Source: an uncultured delta proteobacterium
Lineage (GTDB): Bacteria > Desulfobacterota > Binatia > Binatales > Binataceae
NCBI GenBank assembly: GCA_963794325.1
Contig: CAWCDG010000005.1
Location: 363,517 to 427,516 of the forward strand
Length of the DNA stretch: 64,000 nucleotides
Direction: 5' to 3'
Shown here: positions 1 through 9,515 of the stretch, one piece after another
How the letters are laid out: every line of letters begins with the position of its first letter
Numbering within the stretch: position 1 is the stretch's first letter
The notes under the pieces: model-generated
The model's database searches: none
What the model saw: the letters and a program-made list of their open reading frames with translations, nothing else
What the model was told of the DNA's origin: nothing
Program-made: the position numbers and the translations under genes

Positions 1-1580
1 TACTTCGAGTAAGTACCGTGACAGTCCTCGCATCGAACCTGGATGGGCCCACGCACCTCATCATATAGCTTGCCATTACCATGTGCGTCGCCAACGAAAT
101 GGCAGTCTGCGCATTGCATTCCGTATTCATTGTGGATGTCCTGCAGCTTGACCGCCCGCCGCCACTTGTACTTGTTGTCTGCGATCACGTGATCGTGCTT
201 GTCGAGCAGATTACCGTGGGTATCGTGCTTCCAGACGTATCTGAATAGCCAGCCATGACCATGGAAATCGGCGAGCTGCACCCGGCTGAGTTTGGGATTC
301 AGCTCAGAACTCGCCTGCAGGAACTTCCGATCCGACCATAGACCTTTGACGTTGGCGCCCTCGGGATTCGCCATCAGGTCAACCGCTTCTTCGTCCGCTC
401 CGGGACGCTTGGCCTTCTTTGGGTAGAAGAACTCACCGTCACTTTCATTGTCCCACCAGATGGTGCCGAAGTAACTGTTAGTGACGGTAGTCCCCGGATG
501 GACATGGCATACGACGCACTGGGACGAAGGAATTGAATTAGTCAGTTGATGCTTGATGGGATAGCCTGACACATCTTTAGGTATCGACTTGTCCGCCGAC
601 GCACTGTGGCCGGTATTTCCGAACTTTGCGAAGGTTCCCGAATGCTCCTTGTCGCTATCGTTCGCATAAACGACGTGGCAAGAGGTGCATCCGCTGGACC
701 TATAGTCGCCCGGATGATCGTTGGTGCCGAGAAACCACAGCGTTGGATCCATGAGACGGGTCTTGTGCAGGCTGAGAAACACAGGGTCCGTTCGCACCTT
801 GGTGCCCAGGCCTCGGACACTCAGGCGGTTTTCGCCACGCTCGAAGACACGAAGGACGTTGCCGGGCTGTGAGATCTCAAAGCGGGCGAGCGGATCCAGA
901 TAAGGCACGACTCCATGTTTGAGGGTGTCCTCCGCAGTGGGAGGGGGAAGTGTTTGCACGCGAGTAGGATTGCCGTTCTCCGAGTAGGACTCGCCGAATC
1001 GCCCGATTTTCTCAGGATAAACTCCGTTGTTGTATAGCGCCGCTTCCCACAGCATGGGACCGGTCGCCATCATGCTCTTGCGGACGTTCTCGACTTCGTC
1101 GATGTGGCATCCCTTACTGCCGCAACTCATACGCGCCGCGCGCAAATCGCCCGGATTCACAAATCGCACAAACTGCGGCGACTCGTTGTTTAACATCGAA
1201 TAGGAGCGCACCGGATTCTGGCCGCTCTTTGGCCAATCTTCGGGATAAAGCGGCTGAACGTGAGCAGTTTCTTTTTTTGACGCCTTAGGATCTCCGCCGT
1301 GACAATCGACACATCCTATGGGCAGTTTGTCGGGATGCATCTCCTCGATTCCTGCGTGACAACCGGCCGCTTTGCAGCCGACGCTTTTCGCATCCGCCTC
1401 GGCCTGCGTCTGATCGGAAATGTCCGGCGGAATTATTACTTTGGCGTCTGCAAGGCGGGCTGGTACTGAATGCTCCGGAAGCATCGCGCCAGGATTTGCA
1501 GGATCGTAAGCGCGATTGCATCCGAGATACACCATAGCTGTGCCGAGAATCGCGCATACCACGAGAGCTACGCGCAGCAT
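1..1580 (-). CDS. Large multiheme c-type cytochrome, probable lipoprotein (3' end runs off the window; absent from the ORF track)
   Basis: Manual translation from ATG 1580 (in-frame GTG at 1622 also possible): [25 protein letters not shown]..., open to position 1. Heme motifs CKAAGCH, CVDCH, CGSKGCH, CTSCH, CVVCH, CADCH, CEDCH. Hydrophobic N-terminus ends in a lipobox-like YLG-C. Confidence 0.9.
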   Translation of the reverse strand, partial: MLRVALVVCAILGTAMVYLGCNRAYDPANPGAMLPEHSVPARLADAKVIIPPDISDQTQAEADAKSVGCKAAGCHAGIEEMHPDKLPIGCVDCHGGDPKASKKETAHVQPLYPEDWPKSGQNPVRSYSMLNNESPQFVRFVNPGDLRAARMSCGSKGCHIDEVENVRKSMMATGPMLWEAALYNNGVYPEKIGRFGESYSENGNPTRVQTLPPPTAEDTLKHGVVPYLDPLARFEISQPGNVLRVFERGENRLSVRGLGTKVRTDPVFLSLHKTRLMDPTLWFLGTNDHPGDYRSSGCTSCHVVYANDSDKEHSGTFAKFGNTGHSASADKSIPKDVSGYPIKHQLTNSIPSSQCVVCHVHPGTTVTNSYFGTIWWDNESDGEFFYPKKAKRPGADEEAVDLMANPEGANVKGLWSDRKFLQASSELNPKLSRVQLADFHGHGWLFRYVWKHDTHGNLLDKHDHVIADNKYKWRRAVKLQDIHNEYGMQCADCHFVGDAHGNGKLYDEVRGPIQVRCEDCHGTYSK

Positions 1581-1641
1581 GGTTCGTATCAACTGCGTAG
1601 GGTGGTCTCGGCTCGGTATCACTCTCGATCGCTCCGACTGC

Positions 1642-3636
1642 TCAATAGGTCAGCGTGAGATTCATGAAGCTCGAGAAGAGCGTCTTTGCCTGATAGATAT
1701 CGCGAAACCCATTGCCAGGAGCCAGGACCGAGAACCCGCCGGTCACGATGACGTTATCAATCAGCAGCGGTCGGTAACGGAACGCGACACTGTAGTCAAA
1801 ACCAACATTGTGACCCAGGTCATTTTGATGGAGTATCGATTCCAGAACGGCAACCTTGTCGAACTGGATGAAGCTCACGTTAAACATCGCCATAAGCTCA
1901 GGCGTGATCTTGGCGTCAACACCCGCGTTGTACTGCAAGACGCCGGGATTCACGAAGTTTGCCTGCCCCTGTAGTTTGTCACGCAAATCCGGAACCAGGC
2001 TCAAAGGATTGATCAAAGGAACTTGTGTGCCGGACAAGCCGATACCCACACGGTTGAAATAGGAGAATGGGACTCCGGAGAAATTCGGATCGTCCTGTAT
2101 CGTGTCGAATCCGCTCGCGGTATGCCCGTGTGGGTTGCCGCTCCCCGACGCATAGAAAAAGGAGCCCCTGAATCGGAGCCAATCGTGATCGTACGAGAGC
2201 TCGAGCGCTGCCATCTGCGCGTTGATATTGACCTTGTGGCCGGCGATGTCGTTGAAGCCGTCGTGGCCAACGGCTTCGTAGAACGCATGCGAGACGTTGA
2301 TTCGGCCTATGTGACCGTCACTGGTACAGCCGAAATAGGCCGTATCGACAGCGTGAGGTTTAACCGTTCCGATCAACGACGGACGCACCAGGAACCCATT
2401 GTCGTTGTATAGGATGTGTCCGTTGTCGTTGTTATAGGCGAAGTCTAACTGCATATTGTAGCCGTCAAACAGAAAATCCTGACGGGTGAAGTTGAACAGT
2501 CCTATATTCTGATCGCGCCCGACGAATAGCGTGTTCAGTCCGCTGTTAGTGTCCTTTTCGAGAGGCCTGAAGTATGCGAGGTTCCATTGATCGCGGTTCG
2601 ACTCGAAATTGCCGAACAGTCGAATGCCCGGATCGTTGTCAGAGAAGATGAAGCCACGGAAATCGCTGGTGAAACCCTGAACACCCGCAGTCACTGACAC
2701 GATGTCGTAGTAAGGGCTGAGGTCGGCGAGCTTGTAGGATACGAAGGCCTCCTGCACCGCGATGTGGCCGTTGGTGCGAGTGGTTCCATCGGCCGGATTG
2801 ACATTGACGATCCCTCTTTCGTTTGTGTCCAGGTAGTTGAGATTGAACACCGGGGTAAACTTGAATTCCCAATCAAGCGGCTTGAAGCCCGCATCGCCAT
2901 GGAACAGGTCGAACGAAAAAATCAGATTTTCCTGAACTGAAGTCTCGTCGCCGCTGCCAAAAAAGTTTGAACTATTCGGGCTCTGGGTGCTCACTCCGCT
3001 GGCCACCGGTAGCCGTTTGAACACCCAATCGACGTCATTGACTCCGGTCAGATCCAAAAACGTGTGGTCGCCAATAATCGGATAGTCGCCTTTCAGCACG
3101 TTCTGGTCGTAAGGATCCCACCAATGCCCCAACTGATACGGGTATTCGCCGGGGGTATTGAGCGTGTAGCGATCCCAGTCAGGAAATCCTATGCGCCATC
3201 GATCCGGTACCGGGATGAAATCCTGATCCGGAGTGGACTTAACCGCGGGCTCTAATACCGGTGGCGCAAAACCAAGCGGCGCCATCGGATTAGTCGCGCC
3301 GCTCCATTCGGCGGCCTGCGCCTTCAGCTTCTCGTCGGTCGAGCTGGCGCTGCTTTTGTTTGACGGGCTCGAATTGGACGCTGCCTCCGTCGACTGGTCG
3401 TCGTTGGCCGCGACTATTCGTGGAAAAAATATTGTGACAGAGACGAGGAGACCGACAACGCTCAGGCGGAGCAGGCTTCGAGAACCGATAGCGAATCGCG
3501 AGGTCGCGACCACCGCAGGAGCCCGACTGTTATTCAAAACAGGCGGAACATATTCCAGACGTTCGCATAGTGTCAACCATTGCGGAGGCCCGGCTTGACT
3601 CTGGGCAAGTCCTCTTGTGTATTGTAGCCGACTCAA
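1642..3636 (-). CDS. Outer-membrane beta-barrel protein (true start probably downstream of 3636)
   Basis: 664-aa ORF with a signal-like segment ([20 protein letters not shown]), many alternating aromatic/polar strands and a C-terminal MNLTLTY beta-signal. Directly upstream of the multiheme gene. Confidence 0.75.
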   Translation of the reverse strand: MSRLQYTRGLAQSQAGPPQWLTLCERLEYVPPVLNNSRAPAVVATSRFAIGSRSLLRLSVVGLLVSVTIFFPRIVAANDDQSTEAASNSSPSNKSSASSTDEKLKAQAAEWSGATNPMAPLGFAPPVLEPAVKSTPDQDFIPVPDRWRIGFPDWDRYTLNTPGEYPYQLGHWWDPYDQNVLKGDYPIIGDHTFLDLTGVNDVDWVFKRLPVASGVSTQSPNSSNFFGSGDETSVQENLIFSFDLFHGDAGFKPLDWEFKFTPVFNLNYLDTNERGIVNVNPADGTTRTNGHIAVQEAFVSYKLADLSPYYDIVSVTAGVQGFTSDFRGFIFSDNDPGIRLFGNFESNRDQWNLAYFRPLEKDTNSGLNTLFVGRDQNIGLFNFTRQDFLFDGYNMQLDFAYNNDNGHILYNDNGFLVRPSLIGTVKPHAVDTAYFGCTSDGHIGRINVSHAFYEAVGHDGFNDIAGHKVNINAQMAALELSYDHDWLRFRGSFFYASGSGNPHGHTASGFDTIQDDPNFSGVPFSYFNRVGIGLSGTQVPLINPLSLVPDLRDKLQGQANFVNPGVLQYNAGVDAKITPELMAMFNVSFIQFDKVAVLESILHQNDLGHNVGFDYSVAFRYRPLLIDNVIVTGGFSVLAPGNGFRDIYQAKTLFSSFMNLTLTY

Positions 3637-3702
3637 TCCGGGGATGATCTTTTCCCCAAGGTCGACTGCTCGCTATCGTTCGCTGGGGGCCTGGAGCAAC
3701 GA

Positions 3703-5277
3703 ATGGGTGACAAGCATCGAGCTGCAAAGGAGGGCGCCAGCGTGCGTCGAGGAGCGATGGTCCTGCTCGCCTTCGTTCTTAGCGCGATGCATCCTGTTGC
3801 CGTTTGCGCGCTCGAAACGTTGAACACAGCGCCTCTCACTGTCAGCGACGTCGAGAACATAATCTCGGCGGCCGTGACCCGTGCGGTGCACGACAGAGTG
3901 GCTGTGATTGTTGCCGTAAGCGATCGCGAGGGTAACCCGCTCGCCGTTTACGACATGACCAACGCTCCAACCGGCAGCAAGGACGCCGACGTCATCAACA
4001 GAATTGCGACGCTGCCCTGCTCTCCTCCCACCACAACGCCTTGCAATCCGACTCTGGCAGAGCGCACTGCGCTGGAAAAAGCCCGGACGGCGGCATTTCT
4101 GAGCAGCGACCAGGACGCGTTTTCGACCTTGACCGCTGCGACTCTGGTCGCAACTCACTTTCCGCTGCATATCTCCAACACTGCACAAGCGCCATTGTTT
4201 GGCCTGCAGTTTTCTCAACTCCCATGCAGCGACGTGACGCCGGCTAACGGCGCGACTGGGGCGCTCGGCGGTATCCCGCTGTACAAAAATAACGACATTG
4301 CCGGTGGAATCGGCGTCGACGGCGCAAGCAAGGGCGAAAACGAAAAGATCGCGTTGGCCGGCGATTCGAAATACAGCCCGAGCGCCGCAATCACCGCCAA
4401 CCAGATCTACCTCGGCGGATTTCAGCTGCCATGGACCAATCAGCCGCCGCCGAAGCGGCTCGCATTGATTCCATTCGCCAGCCTCCCCGGAGCCCCCAGT
4501 CCGAACTACCCGGACATAATCGCCACTCCACCGACGAGCTTCCCGCCCGCGGTGTTTGCAGGAGTCGCAGGCGAGATTCGCTTTCCAATCGTGGACAGCT
4601 CGAGGCCGGTTCCGGTGAAGCTCACGGCGGCGGACGTGACGACGATAATCACCCAGTCTGTTGCCATAGCCAAACAGACCCGCGCGGCGATTCGCCAACC
4701 TATAGGGGTGCCCGCGCGAATGCAGGTCGGCGTGACCGATCTCGATGGCTCAATCCTTGGCGTCTTTAGAACTAACGACGCAACCATGTTCAGCCTGGAT
4801 ATTGTTGTGCAGAAAGGTCGCTCAGTAACCGCATTCAGCGATCCCAATCAGCCTCTCGGTCATCAGTTGCGGCAATCGCTCGGAGTCGGCGCCAATCGCG
4901 AGATTGCCTTCACGACGCGAACGATTGGATTCCTGGCCCAGCCTTTCTATCCACCGGGCATTGACGGGACATCGCCGGGACCGCTACTCCACTTGCAGGG
5001 TAATCTGTTTAAGATGAAACCGACGGCGCCATGCATTCCCAATGGTGTTACCAACGGCGATGGCATCACCGCGTTTCCGGGTAGCACTCCGCTGTACAAG
5101 TCGGGGATCCTCGTCGGCGGGCTCGGTATCAGCGGCGACGGCGTCGACCAGGACGACTATGTGACAAACGCGGGCGCAGCAGGTTATCTCCCGGACCTAT
5201 CCATTAGGGCAGACCAGATTGTGTTTCGAGGCACCCCGCTTCCATTTTTTAAATTTCCGCGACAGCCGGGTTTATAG
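3703..5277 (+). CDS. Secreted heme-binding protein with two GlcG/HbpS-type domains
   Basis: Signal peptide. Two copies of the family motifs: AVSDREG...ALEKARTAAFLS...GGIPLYKNNDIAGGIGVDG and GVTDLDG...VQKGRSVTAFS...PGSTPLYKSGILVGGLGISGDGVDQD. Confidence 0.8.
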   Translation: MGDKHRAAKEGASVRRGAMVLLAFVLSAMHPVAVCALETLNTAPLTVSDVENIISAAVTRAVHDRVAVIVAVSDREGNPLAVYDMTNAPTGSKDADVINRIATLPCSPPTTTPCNPTLAERTALEKARTAAFLSSDQDAFSTLTAATLVATHFPLHISNTAQAPLFGLQFSQLPCSDVTPANGATGALGGIPLYKNNDIAGGIGVDGASKGENEKIALAGDSKYSPSAAITANQIYLGGFQLPWTNQPPPKRLALIPFASLPGAPSPNYPDIIATPPTSFPPAVFAGVAGEIRFPIVDSSRPVPVKLTAADVTTIITQSVAIAKQTRAAIRQPIGVPARMQVGVTDLDGSILGVFRTNDATMFSLDIVVQKGRSVTAFSDPNQPLGHQLRQSLGVGANREIAFTTRTIGFLAQPFYPPGIDGTSPGPLLHLQGNLFKMKPTAPCIPNGVTNGDGITAFPGSTPLYKSGILVGGLGISGDGVDQDDYVTNAGAAGYLPDLSIRADQIVFRGTPLPFFKFPRQPGL

Positions 5278-5322
5278 ATATCGGAGCCAAGGTGTAGAAG
5301 TGATGCCGAGAGGGAGGTCCAC

Positions 5323-5961
5323 ATGAACAAACCAACGAGTAACCTTGCCGCGTTCCTCATGATGGCGCTCGTGGCGGGCCTTTTCGCGTTGACGCCATCC
5401 GTAGTGCTGGCCGACGGACATGCGTACGTCGGTGAAAGCAAATGCGAGGACTGCCACGATTCGCAGCACGAAAAACTCGACGTCATCGGCCCCGACGGCA
5501 CTAAGTCCGACCCGGTCACTGTCTGGATGAAGGACCCTCACCATAAGGCATTCGATGCGTTGACTGGGGATTGGGGAAAACAGGCGGCCAAAAAAGCGAG
5601 CGTCGCCGATCCACAAGCTGACGGATCGATGTGCCTGACTTGTCATGCCACCGGCACGGGCGGCAACAATCCACCTGATCCTAGTGAAGGAGTGTCATGC
5701 GAGGCATGTCACGGTGCAGCGGCTGACTATGTGGCAAGAGACAAGCACGGCGAGATCGGCAACGATCCGGCGAAAATGGCGGCGGCGGTAGCGCTGGGTA
5801 TGATCGATATGCGCAAGATTGACGTGCGCGAGAATAATTGCCGCGGCTGTCACGTGGTCGATACTTCCAAGCGGCCCTGCTATCGCGCAAGCGAGAAGCC
5901 CTTCGACGTTCACAATGACAAGAAGTTCCGGCATTGGAGAGATAACATCCCGCCAATCTGA
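5323..5961 (+). CDS. Periplasmic tetraheme cytochrome c (c554-like family)
   Basis: GGAGG RBS, signal peptide, YVGESKCEDCH, CLTCH, EGVSCEACHG, CRGCH. Confidence 0.88.
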   Translation: MNKPTSNLAAFLMMALVAGLFALTPSVVLADGHAYVGESKCEDCHDSQHEKLDVIGPDGTKSDPVTVWMKDPHHKAFDALTGDWGKQAAKKASVADPQADGSMCLTCHATGTGGNNPPDPSEGVSCEACHGAAADYVARDKHGEIGNDPAKMAAAVALGMIDMRKIDVRENNCRGCHVVDTSKRPCYRASEKPFDVHNDKKFRHWRDNIPPI

Positions 5962-6032
5962 TCTGATCCTGGGTTGAGCCGCTAACTGCATCATGAGGGG
6001 CCGGCGGGCTAGCCGACTCCTTATGTCGTCGA

Positions 6033-7500
6033 TCAGAATCCTTTTCGAGTCATGCGGATACCTATCGATTTCATGAATGCGGTCGGCAACTCCGCATTTA
6101 GCATCGCGAACACGAAGTCGTTCTCGATTTCAATCGGCTCGGTCAGCCTTACGACGCTCGGATTGGCTTCTTGGCGCTCCGCGGAGGGTGTCTGAGGCGC
6201 TCGCTCTTCGGTCTTGCGGCTTCTGAACGATGTTGTCAGCCACGCGAATAAACCACGCCGCGGCGGTTGTTGAGCAGACTGGTCTGTCGTTTCCTGCACC
6301 TGCTGGCGCGATGATTCCGCCATTGGAGCAAGGACGACTTTGCCAGGTTTGATCTCGGTCACTTGACTCCACGGATACACAGTAATCTGCGCTCTCTGCT
6401 GCAGGTCGCTGATTTTTACGGCGTTCTCAGGCGAGACCCGCGAACTGAGTGCCGCGTCGCGGAAGGAGTAGGAGACGGTATTGCGCAGCGCAGGATCCGC
6501 GAGCATCTGTGTCACCTCGGCGCCGGAGTTTCCCCCTCCAACGACCAGGACCCGCTTGTCCTTGAACTCCTCGGGCTCGATCAGGCCGTAGAAAACGCGA
6601 TCGGCCGTTTCGCCATCAACATTCAGCTTGCGTGGAGTGCCACGCACGCCGATTGCCAGGACTACATAGCGCGCTTTGAAGCTTTTGCCGGGACGCGTTG
6701 CGATTTCAAACAATTCGTCGGCCCGACTTATGGAAATGACCTCCTCGCGCTCATTGATCTGGAGCTGCATCGTACGCAGCATCTCTTCCCATTTTTCGAC
6801 CAGCTCTTCCTTGGTGCGATCGCCCTCCAAATAGAAGGAGCCGTATTCATCCAGCTCGATTGGACTTGCCTGAACAAACTTGCCGCGCGGAAAGGTGCGG
6901 ATCGTGCTTGCCGCAGTATCTTTCTCCAGCGCCAGGTAGTTCAGCCCATTTGACTTGGCCGACCATGCCGCGCCGATTCCCGTCGGACCGCATCCAACTA
7001 TCGCGACGTCGTAAACCTCGGGCTCGACCGCTCGCTTCTCATGTCGAATCGCATTGGCAATAGCCACAACCACCTGGCGGCCCGAACGCATCACAAGATT
7101 GATCGAGGACGTTCGTCCGCTAGCTTCGCCGGCGACATAGACGCGTGGGACGTTGCTCTCATAAGTGTCGTCGAGCACGGGAATCTCCGGCGTTCGCTGT
7201 GGACCGGAGTCCGAAACCAGCCGGCGACGTGATTCCGGCGGCAGATAGCGGAGGTAGCCAACTCCGATCAAGGTCATAGTCACCAGTGCGAGGATCGCGA
7301 GCCACCACGGACGCAACGTGACCCTTCGAAGCGCGATGCTCGGAGATCCATTGTGCAAGCCGTGCAACGAAATCGTGTAGGCCGCAAGCCGCAACTCCGG
7401 CGGTTGATGGGGCCGGGTCGTAGGCGCCTTGGACGGGAAATCCTTGATCAGTTTGCCGCCGCGATAGTAGGTGTGGAACGCGTGGCAATCAGCACAGGCA
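6033..7500 (-). CDS. FAD/NAD(P)-dependent oxidoreductase (thioredoxin-reductase/YpdA-like) preceded by a TM helix and a heme motif; probably the C-terminal half of a fusion with 7501-8580
   Basis: VAIVGCGPTG, VVLAIGVRGTPRKL, VLVVGGGNSG motifs; TM helix PWWLAILALVTMTLIGVGYL. The frame stays open upstream of the track start (7394) and encodes NACADCHAFH (CADCH at 7482-7496). Confidence 0.8.
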
Positions 7501-8580
7501 TTAAGCGTCTTCTCCCATGGATAACTCCAGTACCTCGAGCTGACCAGCTTCAGCTCGACTCGAGCTCAGGATGCCAAGGGGGTCTGTCCATGACGCTACT
7601 TGCCCCGAGGGTGTTCCTGCCTCGTGCGCGTGACAACTGAAGCATTTCCCGATCTCTCTGGTGCTCGAATCCCGCGGCTTCTCACTCTCCTCGATATGCA
7701 GATGACACTCGGCACACTCCGCCTTTAGATGACCCGCGGAATGAGGTGTGAAAGTCGCGTTGATAGGACGGAACACTGCTGACTCAACAAACGGGATTGT
7801 CGGAGGCTCGGGCGTAGCGCTGCCGGCGGCGCTCGCGAGCTTCAAGTCTTCGTCCTGCCAACTCGAATGGCAGGTGCTTGCGGTGCATCCGGTGGTTACT
7901 ATCGCAAATTCTTCGGGCTTTTCGCGTGACGGAGCGCTCACCAGATGACACGACCGGCAAGCGAGATGCTGTTCCGTGTGATCGAGCCCGCCGGCCAGCT
8001 CCGCAGCGGCCTTCTCGGCAGCTTGCTTGCGCGACGCTGATCGCATCCTTTGCGCGTCGGTTCTCGCTTCCCGCAAGTGTTTGAGAGTGTCTTCGAGATG
8101 CTGCTTATGGTTGAAGTCCTTGGCAAAGTTTTGGATCGACTTCCATTGAACATGCAGGCTGTGACCGTGTGCGCCGACCCCAGCTATCGAGTCATGCGCA
8201 TGACACGCGCTGCAACTAGTTCCCGAAGTGGCGACAAAATCGACCTTGCGGCCCTTGTGATCCGTATGGCAAGAAAGACATGCCAGTTGATCGTTGAAAC
8301 CAGCCAGATGCTTTCCGGGGTCCAGCCCAACGTCCTTGTCGTCGAGATTGACGTTCAAGTGGTCGGAGTTATGAATAATGTTACCGTGACAATCGACACA
8401 TCCGGTGCTGGCTAACGCGACGCCGCTCCACGGCTGGTGGCATACGGCGCAGTTTCCACCGAAGGGCTCGTGACCTTCAAGGACAGGGCCCGGCGAATAA
8501 CTTCGATGGAATGAGAGCAGGATGGCCAGCACCGCCAGTGTGACTATGCCGGCGACTGTCAGTTGGCTACGGCGCTTCAT
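7501..8580 (-). CDS. Membrane-anchored multiheme cytochrome c (cytochrome c3-like), N-terminal half of the probable fusion
   Basis: ATG 8580 overlaps the upstream stop (ATGA). N-terminal TM, SPGP motif, CAVCH, CVDCH, CLSCH, CSACH, CRSCH, CTASTCH, CAECH, CFSCH. Confidence 0.85.
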   Translation of the reverse strand: MKRRSQLTVAGIVTLAVLAILLSFHRSYSPGPVLEGHEPFGGNCAVCHQPWSGVALASTGCVDCHGNIIHNSDHLNVNLDDKDVGLDPGKHLAGFNDQLACLSCHTDHKGRKVDFVATSGTSCSACHAHDSIAGVGAHGHSLHVQWKSIQNFAKDFNHKQHLEDTLKHLREARTDAQRMRSASRKQAAEKAAAELAGGLDHTEQHLACRSCHLVSAPSREKPEEFAIVTTGCTASTCHSSWQDEDLKLASAAGSATPEPPTIPFVESAVFRPINATFTPHSAGHLKAECAECHLHIEESEKPRDSSTREIGKCFSCHAHEAGTPSGQVASWTDPLGILSSSRAEAGQLEVLELSMGEDA

Positions 8581-9512
8581 ATTCCGCCGAAGTAAAGAAC
8601 CCCTACCACGTGAAATATCAGAAGTGCGAATGTCAGCACCGATAAGACTATGTGAAGATCCAGCCACCCAGTGCTGAGATGAATATTGAAAGAGTTATGA
8701 TCGAGATTTACCTTGCGAGCCGCGAGGGCTAGAAGCTCGCGATAGGTCTTCTCATCGCCGGATTCTGCAATCCTTGCGGCCGCCGCCGCGCAGACTTGCT
8801 GACCGGGATCGATACCCTTTATCGTCGCCATCAAGAGAGTCCATCTCGACGCGGATCTATCGCTGAGAAGTATAGGCTTGATGTGGTCGATGTATGCCTT
8901 GGTTAGCTGCTCGCTATGCCCGAGAATTTTCTCCTCTGCCTCGCGATAGACCGCGCTGACCTTGGAATCGACATCCTCGAGCCGCACCTGGTGCTCGGCG
9001 AGCCGCGTCATCGCGTGCGGAAGTTTGTCCTGCAGTATCGCGCCGAAGATTCCGCTGATGAATAGCAACAGCACGAGTGTTGCGAGCGCAGCCTCCAAAG
9101 GACTCATCGCGGTCGTGGTGATGTGCCACGACAAGGGCAGCAACGCGAGCATCCCGAGCGTGAGATGAAACGCGCGCCATGTTTCGAGCCGATCTAGCTG
9201 GACCAGCCGATGTTGAATTGAGGCTGGAAAGATCTTCCCAGTGAATTGCAGCACGCGGATCGAGAACCAGATGTTGCGCTTGCGGACGCTGTACCATGCG
9301 ATCGCGATAAAGCTTGCCAGCGCGATAGAGCCCGACCAGTATTCTCCAATCTCACGCCCGAAGGTTGAAGTCGCCGCGTTCAGGCCTGCCACCGCGATCA
9401 GACAAATGGTCAGCCAGAGCCAGATGCGGATCGGGATCGCGCGACCTCGGCGATCGCGAATATTCAAGGTTGGTCGGTTTGCGGCGGCGGCTCGAGCCTC
9501 TCGAGTAGCCAT
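8577..9512 (-). CDS. Polytopic membrane protein with four TM histidines (putative heme b / ferric-reductase-like)
   Basis: Several TM helices; His pairs WRAFHLTLG...LSWHIT and WLDLHIVLS...LIFHVVG. Confidence 0.65.
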   Translation of the reverse strand: MATREARAAAANRPTLNIRDRRGRAIPIRIWLWLTICLIAVAGLNAATSTFGREIGEYWSGSIALASFIAIAWYSVRKRNIWFSIRVLQFTGKIFPASIQHRLVQLDRLETWRAFHLTLGMLALLPLSWHITTTAMSPLEAALATLVLLLFISGIFGAILQDKLPHAMTRLAEHQVRLEDVDSKVSAVYREAEEKILGHSEQLTKAYIDHIKPILLSDRSASRWTLLMATIKGIDPGQQVCAAAAARIAESGDEKTYRELLALAARKVNLDHNSFNIHLSTGWLDLHIVLSVLTFALLIFHVVGVLYFGGI

Positions 9513-9515
9513 CGG

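Noticed and set aside
3673-4698. 341-aa minus-strand ORF
   Set aside because: Antisense shadow of the motif-supported heme-binding gene; Arg-rich with no recognisable motifs.
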